Shown one piece after another: positions 25,731-39,468 of a DNA stretch of 64,000 bases (positions are counted from its first letter, which is position 1; every line of letters begins with the position of its first letter). Source of the stretch: Callorhinchus milii. Lineage: Eukaryota. A program made the translations under genes and the position numbers. Where the stretch lies: positions 110,672,001 to 110,736,000 of the forward strand of contig NW_024704743.1 in NCBI RefSeq assembly GCF_018977255.1, given 5' to 3'. The notes below the pieces were generated by a model that searched no databases, was not told where the DNA came from, and worked only from the letters and a program-made list of their open reading frames with translations.

Positions 25731-27904
25731 CAGTCACTCTGAGTATTCAGTGGGCATGTGTACAGCTTGATTGCCAAACTGTGCAGTGACGTTAACAGCA
25801 ACCTTCAGGTAGTTCATCTCTGAATATTATTGTTATGGGTTTAGAATTCCACAAGGCTGCCAAACCACACTTTGCTGCCTAGCAACTAGTCGCAGGGAGG
25901 CTGTAATAAATCATGGTGGTAATATCTCTCCATGTAGATTTGGGTCTGCATTGTGTTAAGCTCATTACTTTAATATGTATTTACAAAATGTTGTCTAGGA
26001 TAACAATACTGTAACATGATAGACTCTGGTATAATAACTACAGATTTTTTAAAGATGGTTTTACTAAAATTATTGAATATTTTGCATGCAATCTCGCCGC
26101 GATTTCTTCATCAAAGACTAAGGCAATTTTATCTACTCCGAACGCTGTAAGTTGTCTGGTTTTAGATTATTTTTTATTTCTCGTTTGTGGTGGTTTCTTT
26201 ACTGATTAACTATGTTTGTTTTGTTGATGGTTGCTTATTTTTCAACAAAATCTTTTGCCTGGGGAGTACAGAAGAGAATGTTGAGGGGAATTTGTAGGTG
26301 GGAGGAACTTGCCAGCTTGGACTGGGGTGAGGTATTTTATTTACTGTCTTGTAGAAGTGACATTGTGGCCATCACCAAACTGAATGAAAAAGAGCTGCCG
26401 TAGCAGCTCCATCTCTGAAACAGCAACATTATCTAGTTCTTGTATATATAATGTCCTAAATATAGTGTAGGATAATGTCTGGAAACGCTTTAACAAAGAC
26501 ATTGCGGATAATATCCTAATATTAATTGCTTGTATTAGATTTAGCACCTTATCATGCCGTTGATATCATAGGATTCGTCTCACTCAGCTCCCTGCAAGCC
26601 AAAGCTATGCAGTTTTAGCTGGTTAAACTTCTCATGACTATTTTATAAATATGTTCCCCAGTTACCAGTGGAAATATATCCTATTTACTTTGTCAACAGG
26701 GTCTTGTAGTTTTGTCAGAGCCTTCTGCTTTAAAAAGGAATAACAAGTGGTTATTTCCGGATTAAAAAGACAATATTACTATTTTTGCCATCTCCGTTGA
26801 GAATAGCAAATCTGGGTGGAAAAATGTAATTACTTCCAATTGATGAGTGGATAGTTTTGGATGCATTCACAAAATAGATTATTATATAATTATGGACAAG
26901 CATTTTGACAAATGCTTTCAAAGTATTTTCTGATTTGATTTGACGAAATGTTTATTTTAAATGATTCTTATAAATCATAAAGGCAAAGGGTCAGTGACAG
27001 GATCTATTTTGCTGTTAGCACGGCAAGAGTAAGTGGGACTATCGGTAGCGACTATTTTTTCCAATCGTAGCAGCAAATAAATCAGACCTGGACAGAAAGC
27101 AATGTATTCAATATAAGCGTTAGTTGCACTCAATAAATCTTGTAAAGACATTCGAGTTGAAAGGGGTGTGAAGAAATTGCACATCCCGCCCCACCCTCCA
27201 AAAATGACAGTCATCATTTCATGAAAATGCCATTTTTTCATATTATCCTATTAAAAAAAAGCCCAAGTAATTCACACAATCCCACGGAGATGGGTTCTCA
27301 TGCCAATGAATACCCTTCCTGTACTTAACTCCCAAATGTACAGGTGCTTTTCCTCCATTTAACTGTTGACATTCATGTTGCATGAGCTGTGAGCAAATGT
27401 TGATTTAATGGTTGCTGTGGTTTTGCTTCACACAGTCGCACAGCTGCAAACCAGTTTTACATCTTGTGAATTCAGCCACGTACTCCAAGCTGCTTTGAAG
27501 TGGTGGCAGTGCTCTGCAGTACTGCGTTACTAGTAGTACTGTACTGTAATGGTTAAAGTATTGCAGTTTTTTGCAATCCAAACCCAGGAAGCAAACAAAT
27601 TCATTCAACAAACATCCTTCCCTTCATGCCCACAAAGCTCGAGCAGCGACGAAGAGCTAAGACGGAGAGATTTGAGATTTATACAATGCTCCTCTGTGTA
27701 ATATAGAATGTCTAAAGCTGGTGCAGCAGTTTATACTATTGTGTAAGTTGTTGCATTGCTTCAGGGCAGGTTATGGAAGCTAATTATGGTGAAGGATTTT
27801 GCCATTCTTATAGCCTCTGTACTAACACATGAAAAACCCACTAGACAATAGTTATAGAAATCTAGCTATAGACGGGACAATCTTAAACTGCAGATAAGCT
27901 GAAC

Positions 27905-28443
27905 TTAGTGGTTTTTGATCTGACATGTGGAAACCTATCACCATGCTTAAAAGTAACCAAACCAAACTTTTTGAGTTTGTTTTTTTCTGGCTACATGTGG
28001 AAATTCCCATGTATTGGAATAGAATGCACATTCTCTCCCTGGAGCAACACACTCTTCTTTACCTAATTCCAGAGTGTTAGCAAGAGTCAGGTTTGGGGAC
28101 CCCTAAATGCGTGTTGGGGTAACTGCTGGAATCTAACCAGCTAAAACCGCAGAGCTTGCCACTGTCTGGCAAGCTTTCCCGCAGCTTGCCAGCTGCAACC
28201 AGTCTGCTTGTTAGAACTTTGGCGTGCAGGGTTAACAGGCGCTGAGTGGGAAGAATCCCTGTCCCCAGTGACTAGTCTGCCCTTCCTAGTCCTACCGAAG
28301 AGCCAGGACTTGGCTGGGCTTTCATCAGCGGTACCCTGGAGTCCTGTAGATCCCCCGGGCTCAGGAACCAGACTACGGAGACCGCCACAGAGGGTGGATT
28401 TGATTCCGACATTCTGTTGCCAATCATGCCACCTTGAAGCCAA
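27905..28443 (-). repeat. Family X repeat, longest copy
   Basis: Reverse complement overlaps all other family X copies. Confidence 0.85.
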
Positions 28444-29146
28444 TGAAGTTCTAACATGGTTATGGATAATTGTTATCTATTTTATAAACTTCACAAGGAA
28501 ACTTGAACAGTCCTGATCAATGTGGCTGTCTCCAGTCAGTAATTCTTTTCTTTAAATCCACTTAAAATATTTGTAATAACCTATTGTAATGTTTTTCAAT
28601 TACGTTATCCTGTGACCATATGTAAAAAAATAAATTATAATTCATATATCTTGCTTGAGTTCACAAACTGTGCAAGAAGCTAATGAGAACATGCTACTTT
28701 AGCTAACAAGAATGCGCAAAGCCTATTAAGTGGTAAGATGGCTCTGATAGGCAGTGGTCTTGTTGAATTATGAGGCAAAACTGTTTATTTTTTGAAGATG
28801 TATTGAACAAGTGGGAGGTTAGAAATGAGATAAAGCAAGATGTGAAAATGAGTTATAGAATAATGGAATGTTTACAGCACAGAGGGGATCATTAGGGCCA
28901 TCAAATCTTTGCTGGCTATGGTTCCTCCACTAGAAATATGTGTTTCAATCTCCCTCTCCTGATTGGTGGCACAGCTTTAGCAAAGCAACAGGTAAAATAG
29001 GACTGTCCAGTGAACCATTTTCTGTCTGGCGCCTTTCGTGATTTGTTAGAGGAATCCTCTGTGGAAGTCATCAAAGCGAATAATTGTGATTTTTCCAACA
29101 AACTGAGTGGGTTTTAGATTTAAAAATCTATTTTTTTAAATCTTAG

Positions 29147-29750
29147 CTGTCAGCCTGGCTTAGTTGGTATTACTCTCACTTCTGGGTCAGAAAGCAGTGA
29201 GTTCAATGCCCACTTTGGTATTTTGAATTTCGTAGAGTCTAAGCTAACAGTCCAGTGCAGTGCTGGGGGGTGCTACATTGTCAAAGTTGCTGCCCTTCAA
29301 TGAGACATCAAACTGTGGTCCTATCTGCCTGTTCAGGTGGATGTTTAAGATCTCATGGAACTATTCAAAGAGAGAAGTTTATCCCAATGTCCTGGTCAAG
29401 AATTACTTAGATAAAAATGGTAATAATAATAATAATAATCCTTGCATTTGATATAGCGCTTTTCACGTCTTCTAGACGTCCCAAAGCGCCTCACAGAATA
29501 TATTGTAAAGTGAATTGACTGTATATTTGTGGGCGAATGCGGCAGCCAATTGCGCACTGCAATGTCCCACAAACAGCCGTGGATTGAAAATGACCAATTT
29601 ATTTATTTATTGGTAATGCCTGTTTGTGGGGCATTGCTGTGTGCAAATTTGCTGCTGCATACGCCGACTTATACATACAGTAAATCTTGTGAAGTGCTTT
29701 GAGACTTCCTCCTGATGTGAAAGCAGCTATATCAAACACACAGATTATGA
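29147..29750 (+). mobile_element. Old Deu-domain SINE interrupted by an antisense young SINE
   Basis: Head and body at 29147-29400; 3' body and tail resume at 29620-29750. Confidence 0.8.
29421..29603 (-). mobile_element. 5'-truncated young tRNA-SINE
   Basis: (TAA)n-tccttgcatttgatatagcgc...gaaaatgaccaattt. Confidence 0.92.
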
Positions 29751-32700
29751 TTTCATTAATGCTGCAATTACATTGCTGTTTTGCTACTGGTAACATCTGT
29801 GCTGTCAACGGTAAACTACTAATGTAAACTGCAGAGGAAATGGCCTTCCAGCAGCCTTGCCACCCCCAAAAAGCTTTAAACATCAGAGGTGGAGGAAGTT
29901 TTACTAAATGTTCTTTAAAGTTGTGTAATGACTGGAATCACTTGTACTTAAGGTGGCAGAGAACACCTAAGAAGATATTGGATCTGATATATGATGATGC
30001 TCCAATTTTACTTCCCTCCTCTGAAAATCAATCTTTCTACACAACCTAATGCAACCTGCACACACTTTTGCATTTTCAAGATTTTTTATAAAGATAGAGA
30101 TAAGTAAAAGCAGGACTCGCACCACTTTCTGCTACTCTGCTCGTCTAATTAGAACTACAGTGGAGCCCTGTTAAAACACATTACACAACACACAGGAAAA
30201 GATAATAATCCTGGCATTTGACATAGCGCCTTATCACATCGTGAGACATCTCAAATTGTTTCACTGAATGTACAGTAAAGTGAATAGCCGATTCGATAAC
30301 TTTTAAGAGAGAGTGGCGCTTTGAGGCTTCTTAAAGACATGATAAGGCATGATATATAATGCAAGGATTATCATTATTATTATTATTGATCACTTCACTT
30401 AGTTTCTTATTATTCAGAACATTTCTTATCCAGTTTACAACATGCTCCTATTTGTCCCTTGTGGACATTGGACATGTTGATAAATTCCATCTAAACTTCA
30501 ATACGAAATCCCTACTACTTTACTATTAGCCATTATCCCTTTGTTACATTCCAGAAGACCATGTGAAAGTGGTGATTCAACATCCATAAATCAATCTTGA
30601 AGACACGAATGATCATTAAATGACGAGACTGCCAATGTTTGTTAATTGACCTAACCGTTGGCCTGATTTGTTTCGCAGACCTTTCAAATGAATTCTGTTG
30701 TTAGATGAAATATAGTTTGTCCAAACACTTTGTTCATTACTGTTCAATACATCTGTTTGACAATTCTATTCCTTCAAATAGAATTGAATAGAATTTGAGA
30801 GGTTCTGCCAGCACAACAGTATAGCTAATGCAACTCGTTTTCCTGGTTCATTGAGGAAGACATGATGTAAGATATATTAGAATCCAATGTTGGTGGGCAC
30901 ATTTATGGAACAACATAATTTGTAGACCTGGCGTGCAGGAACCGGAGAGACACTTTGTGAAGCAGCTGTATCATGCTGGTTTAAGTACCAGGCAGGATTG
31001 CTTCCAATCTTTATACATATCACACAGGCAATTTCAAGGTGGTCTGCTTTTTTTTTACAAAAGTGCTGAAATGTATTATTGCAGGACATTCGCAAGCTTC
31101 ATTTATTTGGTGCAAAATGAGCTTCACTTATAAAAATTAGTGCAACTGGAAGAATATTTCTGTGCACAGTAAGGTTCTAGGAAGCTCACAATCTAAGGCC
31201 AGATCGGAGACCCTTTGATTTTGAAGAGGTTTTTGAAAGTATACCTTTGCTTGCTTAAACAATCCTTATATTTGATATTCAAAGTTAAAGTGGCTTAGAA
31301 TGGGGGATGGGTATGAGTGAATGATCCATTACACTGTCTGATAGTATTTTCCGACAAATAATAATTGTTGCATTTGCTACAGCGCTTATATGCTATAGCG
31401 ACTTCTCAAAAAATGTGACAGGATTTTACTGTAGGCGAAAAAGGTAAACTATCCCAAAGAGAAAGGTTGATTGCCCTCAGCACAGAATGTTATACCTAAA
31501 ACCAAATCAATGACAAATAAGCACAAATGAGGCTCACCACAAGGTTCTCTTAACCTAGTACTGTTAGCTGTAAATTCAACCTCCCTCTTTCTTCTTCTAT
31601 CTCTTAGTGATGCCTCATTTGCTCAACATTTTGTTTATCCCTTGGGTCCTCCACATTCATCAGTTTTGTTTCCCCTCTCAAGTGTATATTTACACAGGGC
31701 ATTCTTTCCTCGGTTGCTGTGGGAGAAAGTTTTAATCTCACTGTGTTTGGACAGAAGCTCCACTATGTGTGTTTTTGTAATAAAAAACATTCTGTCTACT
31801 GTGTGTGGGGGTGGGGAGAGGAGTGGGGGAGAGACAGAAAGGGAAAAGCTGTCCTGTGCTGATGCAGCCTAAGCATGTAACACAAAATGTGTCCTTGCAG
31901 GAACTCTTAATGCTAATTTGTACATAATTCTAATGCACAGTAATAACCATAAACAGCAATAACTGAGCTCCAAGGAGTAGAAATTCCCCAAGGATCTTCT
32001 CATTCTCCATTGCCTGTACATAAATATTGTACATTCCCCAACAATGGTATTTCCTGCTTACAGTAGAAACGTGCAGAGATTCTTTCATTACTAGGATCTG
32101 TATCATTGAAAGTGCTCATCTCATTTTAATATTCTTAAACATCCCTGGTAGCCCTGTCTTCATTTATATTTATTTGAAAAGAGTCTTGAATGTTNAAAAA
32201 AATAGTCTTTTACATGGGAAATGGGGTGAGGAATTCTTCTTAGTTATTAGTCTAGTGACATTGACAGTGTGCATATAATAATCTTTATAATTGTAAAGCA
32301 CCTTTCATGATAGGAGGGCATGTCAAATCTCTTCACAAGATAGATATATTGTAAAGTTTGGGGTCGAATGAAAATATAATCAGATTTTACCTTTATAACC
32401 ACACAGTGGTATTGATCACATCAAATGTCCACCTATCTTCCCTATCCTCAATAAGAACTATAGAAATTTACAGCACATCAGAAGGCTATCCAGCCCATCA
32501 CATATGTATTGGCTTTTTGAAAGAGCAACCCATTCCGTCCCATATTGTTCTCAATTGCGACATCTGTGAAGCCAGGTCCATGACCATTACTTCTTGATTG
32601 TGGCATTCAACTGACAGTTAACATAGTACTAGCCATTTACTCAACAAAAATGAAACTGAACAGCTGATATCGCAGTAATCAGCAACCCAGGAACTGAAAG

Positions 32701-33258
32701 TCTTATCTCATCAGCTTCACGGATGTTGCAATGGAGCAGATGGAAGTCCAGTTTGGCTTGTTCGATGTGGTAACTATCAAACATACAACAACAACTTGCA
32801 CTTATATAGCGTTCTTCACAGGGGTAGCCTCCCTGAGCCCTAACACATAATTGGCCCCTTGCCAAAGTTATTGCTAAGGGAAATTTAACTTCCCCAATCA
32901 TTTCATAAAAGAGTGACTTTATTTTGTTTCAGAAAATCAGGAAGTGAGATTTACATTCAATTTTTCTAATCGAAACTGCAAATCTCATCTGAAACATATG
33001 TGTACAGGATGCTTTGCACGGGGAGGGGAACTTTGTCTCAGTCTCCAACCATCTTGATGGGGCACAGTTTGCAGTATGGAAGACCCAAAGAAAGGAGAAA
33101 TGTACGTACTAAAATAGAGATAAGAGGAAGGAGGGGGCAGATTAATTTATTTTGCAATGTAAGCAAACCTAATTTGTGTTGAGTAGGTTTCAGTGTCTTC
33201 AATTATTTGAACTATTTTCAGTGAGAGCGGTGACCTAGTCCCACACATGTTTCTGTTT

Positions 33259-33657
33259 ATAATAATAATAATTCTTGCATTTGCTATGGCACCTTTCCCG
33301 ACATCACTTGTTCAGTGCATCCAGGGCACTCCAACCAAAGCGCTTCACAGGATATACTGTAAAATGAATTGACTGTGTATTTTGTGGGTGAAACGCAGCA
33401 GCTAATTGCGCACAGCAGCATCCCACAAACAGTCGTGGATTAAGTGACCAAATTTTTTGCCTTTTTTGTTTGAAGGAATTATTATCCCTGGAAAAGCGAT
33501 CTGCCAATCGACTAACAACCGGGTTTCTACTTACTGCTCGGTAAACAGAGGTGTGTGGAGTAAGGAAACTTGCCCAATGTTTCGCCCTGCTGGGAATCGA
33601 ACCCAGGTCTCTTGCTTGCGAGGCGAGTGCTCTAACTACTAATCTACAGGACTCCAC
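33259..33657 (-). mobile_element. Full-length tRNA-SINE (long subfamily)
   Basis: Head ends at actccac 33657; central block present. Confidence 0.92.
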
Positions 33658-33873
33658 ATATATATATATATATAATATATACACATATATATAGGTATAG
33701 CCCCATTTGATATAATTCAGAAAGATGTCCCAAAGAGCTTCACAGGATATACCGTAAAGTGCAGTGATTATGTGTGGTGTTTTATGTATTCCACCCACCT
33801 ACTCATTCCTTGAAGTATGGATATCCTCTAATGTCCAAAGGTATTGTTTCGCTTTACAAGTAACATTCTGGTC

Positions 33874-34166
33874 GGAGTCCTGTAGCTCAGTGGTTAGAGC
33901 GCTCGTCTTGCAAGTGAGAACCTGGGTTCGATTCCTTTGGGCAAGTTTCCTTACTCCACATGCCTAATAATAATCCCTCAAGAAAAAAAAAAAATAATTT
34001 GGTCACTTCAATCCACGACTGTTTGTGGGACACTGCTGTGTGCAATTGGCTGCCACGTTTTGACCACAAATATACAGTCAATTCACTTTACAGTATATCC
34101 TGTGAAGTGCCTTGAGATGTCCAGAAGACGTGAAAAGCGCTATATCAAATGCAAGTATTATTATTA
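33874..34166 (+). mobile_element. tRNA-SINE (short subfamily)
   Basis: A and B boxes, body and tail; small deletion after the B box. Confidence 0.92.
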
Positions 34167-36929
34167 GAAAACAAACTATTTGTTCCTTGGAGCATTTGTT
34201 AATCTCAGCCTCTCCTATCCCCAGAACAACCTCTGCACAGATATTTGTCTTCATAAATTAATTTACATACTAATGCACCTTACATTTGCGCCTTTCACGT
34301 TGAGAGGACATCTCAAAGAGCTTCACATTTTAGCACGTTAGCATAATCTTTTAAAAAAATAGTTTCAGTGTTTTATCAGTGGATATTATTTTATTTCAGG
34401 AAAAAGAGATAAATTCAATGTTGGGGGCACTTTGCCAGCCAGTCCTGCTCCAAAGCCGAGATTGTTGTTTCCCCAGGCCGGGTAGTTTTGCACTAACAAA
34501 AGGAAGCCTTCATCCTTAACGTTTCCCATCCCTTTCATCCATTACATCATAATTTTATCTTCCTTCTTGATAATTAGCTGATGGATGTCAAGGTTACATT
34601 CCTGGGTGAGGTCCCTTTGTTTCAGAATGAGAGGCGGACTGGTCTGTTTGAACAGCTTTCTGTGTTATGAAGAAAGGCTTGGATTTGTTTGGACCTGTCA
34701 CTCTTTAAGAGAAGTGCGGAACCAGAGAATTGTAAAACATTCTGAAAGTTGGTTGATTTCCAATTATTTATTTGGGGACAAACATCAGACTAGACAAAAT
34801 TGAGAGAAGACACAATCACAAATAACATCTCCCTTTTGCTGCAGCTGAGCTGCACGTTCCAGACTTTTGGGCTGTTGATGCCATGAAGCAGTAAAGCAAT
34901 CAGCTTAGCAAACGATAATGACCTTGCTTCCAATTTCGTACAGAGAAATTGGGAACCTGAGGCATACAATTGCTCATTGTCCCAGCCTTAAGACCATTGA
35001 CCTTGCATTCAAGATTGTGCAGAATTGTGGTAAGTTCTTAAATTTAGCCTCAGATTTGCTACCAGTTTCCCGGACTTCCTTTAAATAGCTGTGAAAAATC
35101 AGCTTTCAAATTGAGACTGAATTTAGTTTTTCCCAAATTGTGCACGTTGTTAAATTTTTAGGTAATGGTCTTAAGGCTAGGACCCATGAGCAATTTGGAG
35201 TCTCTGAGTGTTTCCATTCTTTAAATATCTTCAAATGTAAGAATAATTTGGCTCCACAAAGTAATACTGAAACTTCTATTAAACGGGCTGCTCGTAAACA
35301 AGCTATTTGCACGAGAGAAAAGGTTTACATTGTGAAACAAATTTAAATTAGATTGTAATAATACTTACATTTGACATTGAGCGTTATAGTAAAGTGGAGT
35401 AATTGTAAAAGTGGGCAAATGCAGCAGCCAATTTGCACACAGCAGTGTCCCATAAATACCCATGGAGTGAGTGACCAATTTTATTTTATTTCCCTGAAAT
35501 CTTGACTATATTTAACAAATGTTTAGACAGTTTTCTTTTGTCTAGAAGTTTAGAAAAACCTTTAATCCTTATCCATGTGTAAAAAAAACAGCAGTCATTG
35601 AGGTAGGTGAGGGGGGAGAGATAGAGGACTAATGGTATCTAGTAAACATACCATACATAAGAATGCCATTAAACAGTCTCTGCTAATTGCTCGTTTGGGA
35701 GGATTGATCTATTTTAATGAAATCCTAAAACAAGAATTTTGGAAGTTCAGATACTCTAATCTGTGTGCATTTTTATTTTTTACTCTTTAGATGAAATGGA
35801 AAGGTTTTTGCTGAGATCTCCTGGAGTTCAATATATTTGCATCAAATACGTTTTTAATCTCCTGGTTGATTGCTCCCAGGCTCTAACACATGCTGCTGTA
35901 TTTGTAACTCCAGCACCTTTCATCATGTTAGATAGATGTTTAGGAAACTGAAGCTGCCTTTCTAATCTATGAAAAGCCAACCTGAATTCTGCAAGGCCTG
36001 CGCAAGGAAAATGAAAGCAGACGATAAAAACAAAACTGACAACTTGCAAAAGTGTGCTTTAAGTCAGTAAAACTGACAGTGTTGTTGAAAGTACAACAGG
36101 GACATTGACTTGGCTCCAGATGTGACAGGCTCCACTATTAGACCCTTGGTGTGATAAACCCACCCTCTTTCTCAGGATTGATGTTTTGCTGCAATTGCCT
36201 GATCATGTTTCAGGAAGTGGCCCCCAGAAAGAGCAGTGCAGAAGACCATTGACTTGTGATCTTTGACCTCTGTTGTAATGCCACAATATAGATTTGACCT
36301 CCGAGTCTATGAACTAACTGGTTAAGTGACTGGGCAATGCATTTAATGAAGCCAGTATTAGATGATGAGACCTGAAGAAAGAATCAAATTGTCTAAGAAC
36401 TGATGTAAAAACCCACAATAGATGAATGGCTTCACTCAGCCCCTAATTAATTTTGTTGTAGTGGAATGGATGATTCTAATTTCTGTATAACACAATTACT
36501 CTACATTGTGCGAACTCTAATTTTTTGATTATTTTAATTCTATCAAGTTTCCTGGTTCATTTTCTGCACCAAAAGATTCTGAATGCTGTCGGTGGAGTGA
36601 TTGTAACATTTTAAGGTCCGTTGACCAAGTCTGCGCACGAATCTAATAACTTGGTGCAAATACAGAGTAGAATAAATTCTGAGCGTCAGCACTGAAATTA
36701 CTTCTCCATTTGTAGCCAGGGTTACTCACTTCAGCCTGCCATGGTCCTACCGTTTTAGTGTTCATTCCAGACTGAATGTTCAGAACTACTGGGTTTATGT
36801 TGTAATTTAAGGAAAGATCAAGAAGTTACTGAAGTTCAGTCTAAATATGCAGAAGTAGATTAGAGAAATGGCTGTAAATGTTAAGGTGAGTCTAATAATT
36901 CACTTAACCCCGAACAACATTTTTGCTTC

Positions 36930-37815
36930 TCATCAGCGTCTCCATGCTCCCTCTCGGTGACATCATTTGCAGACATGGGGTCAAATTCCACATGTTTGGC
37001 GGATGACACCCAACTATATCTCTCTGCCTCCACCCTGTACTCAAGGCCTACTGCTGTACTGATAGAATGTCGGTCAGACATCAAGTCCTGGATGAGAGCT
37101 AACTTTTTTCTGTTGAATGTCAAAAAGACCGAGGGCCTCCTGATTGGCTCCTGTCAGCACCTCCACAACTCAGGCGCTGACAGCATCACCATCCATGGTT
37201 GCACACTCCACCTTACTAAGCCAGTCCAGAACCTTGGCATCTTGTTTGACCCTCAACTATCCTTTCTACCCCATCCGTGCCATGACCCGCTCTGCCTTCC
37301 CCCATCTCCGCAACGTAGCCCGGCTTCGCCACTATCTCACATCGCAGGCCACCAAGACCCACACACATGCTTTCATTACATCGAGACTTGACTATGTGGC
37401 CTCCCCAACTCCTCCCTCCATAGGCTGTAGGTCATCCAGAACTCTGCATTCCGTGTCCTTTCCCGCACCAGGCTCTGTGACCCTAGTTCCCCCTACCTCT
37501 GTGACCTCCTAAACCCTTACCATCCTGCCTGCTCCCTTCGCTCAGCACACTCCAGTATGCTTCACACCCCCCGCCTCACCCACCCCACCATTGGCGGGCG
37601 GGTCTTCTGCCACTCTACCCCCACCCTCTCAAATTCCATCCTGGAATCTCTACACCTCACCCCCTCCTTCAAGACCCATCTCAAGACCCTCCTCTTCAAC
37701 TCCACCCTCCACAATCCCAACCCCCAGCTCGGATCTGAAACACTGATGGTCCAGCGCCTTTGGACGTCCTCCCGACATGACAGGCGCTATACAAATGTAA
37801 TTTTGTTGTTATTGT
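36930..37815 (+). mobile_element. L2 LINE 3' fragment including the RT C-terminus
   Basis: ORF 36957-37391 contains ADDTQLYLS..SDIKSWM..NF..LN..KTE.LLIG..NLGILFDPQLSF (L2 RT motif and thumb); frameshifted; tail (ttg)n. Confidence 0.93.
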
Positions 37816-37915
37816 TGCTATCTGTTGTATAAAAAAATATACTATTCTGGGGCAAAGGCTTAACGTTTCTGTACAAGAGAGGAATATGAAGTGGAAAGCT
37901 ACAAACTAGCTTTCA

Positions 37916-38225
37916 GGTGTCAGCCTGATACAATTGGTAGCACTCTTGCCTCCGAGACAGAAGATTGTGGGTTCAAGACACATGTTGGGACTTTGTGCTC
38001 ACAGTTCCAGGCTGCCACTCCAATACAGTGCTTGGTGTGCTGCATCGTCGGAGGTGCACTTGTTCAAAAATCTCATACAATGTCCTTTGAATAAGGAATC
38101 TAACAGTGTTGCATCCCCCACCCACCCCAGTACTGCTCTCACACTGGACTCTGCTGAATTCCACTGTGGTGTTTGAATCCACAGCCCCCTGAGTGGTAGA
38201 TAAGAATATTACCAATTGAGTTCAG
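37916..38225. mobile_element. Two Deu-SINE 5' halves in opposite orientation
   Basis: Plus head and body at 37916-38090; minus-strand head and body remnant at ~38100-38225. Confidence 0.6.
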
Positions 38226-39352
38226 ACAGAAAGTTCAAATATAAGCCAACAAATAGTTTAAATACTTGAATGATACAAAGTTCAGTGCTGGTGGATAAAC
38301 ACATTTCTGAGGGATTGTTCTACCATTTGACATTAGAATGTGACCAGGTGTAGAAATACAATGAATGATCAAGACCCCTACTACTATTTAATATTTATCT
38401 CTTTTGTGTCTGATTTTTGAACCTTCAACTACCTCTCTTCCCAGGGAAGCACTTTGAGACATCCTCCTGATTAGTAAAAGGCAGTACATAAACGTACGGT
38501 GAATGGTTGCTGTAGAGCGTATGTAGTTAAAAAACAGAATATAATTTGGGACATGAAATGTCAATCGATTGCCAGGATGGTGGAAGGTGAACTAGAACTT
38601 GGTCTTTTTTCACCTAGCAAATTTTTATGTTCTTATGAGCGTACCGGAGGACAAAATGGTATAGCGTCCTCACTAAAAAGTCGTTTCATAGGTGTTACTA
38701 TGCACCGAAAACTCCATACCATAAACAAATGTATTTGTTCTGTTTATTTTAATATTCAAACAAAATACGGTATGCAAACACGGTGCTGCGGAAACAAGCA
38801 CACAAGACCATTGACTATATACAAATCAAGACAGATACCAATCTCCAAATCCTTCCTTCGCTATCTGACTCCCAACCTTCTGCTTTAATACAACCCGATG
38901 TGAAGTTGGTGCTGATTCAGTATCTTCTTGCACTGCCAATTCCCTTCCAGCTAAGTGGCATTTAAACAGATGTTGGCTCTTCTGTCAGTCATATGATGCA
39001 CTTTTCCCCAGTTTTCTCCCTGAAACAATGTTTTGACTCTAATAACCAGTGTTCCAGTTGTCTTGTATGTCTGACATAATCGCATGCCAGAATCTTGCAC
39101 GGCAACATGTTTAGACACATAATATATTTGCTTGCTTCGATGTTTCTCTTAACTACTATAATCCTTCATCTGCAAATTATTAAATTATTTCACTACCAGG
39201 TTGTGGAAAATAATAATTAACAGATTAGTAAACACACTGGTAACTGTAACTGATTGTTTCCTTAAATTTTAGTCCCACCCCCAACCTCCTTGTTGCTTAT
39301 TTTTCTGTTCTATCACTTTATTCATCGATGCCCTTTGTTTCTACTCCCTCAG

Positions 39353-39468
39353 GATGTGACATTATCTCTGGCACTTGTTCCACCCGGTCATTTTTCACCA
39401 ATATAACTGTGCATTGAGAAGTCCAGTGTATAGGAGGTTTCAAGCAGTGACTGAGTTGGCTGATTTGG
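39353..39468 (+). other. Candidate non-coding (5'-UTR) exon of PAG1, 116 nt
   Basis: Polypyrimidine acceptor ccctttgtttctactccctcag|G and donor TGG|gtacgt in non-repeat sequence, with stops in all three frames. Mammalian PAG1 has non-coding upstream exons. No transcript evidence is available. Confidence 0.4.

Noticed and set aside
28290..28335. Hammerhead ribozyme in family X (CTGATGA on the minus strand)
   Set aside because: The required GAAA after stem II and the cleavage-site stems could not be identified by eye.
36957..37391. RT-like ORFs (also 8875-9120, 24217-24693, 60425-60759) as functional genes
   Set aside because: 5'-truncated, frameshifted L2/CR1 remnants.
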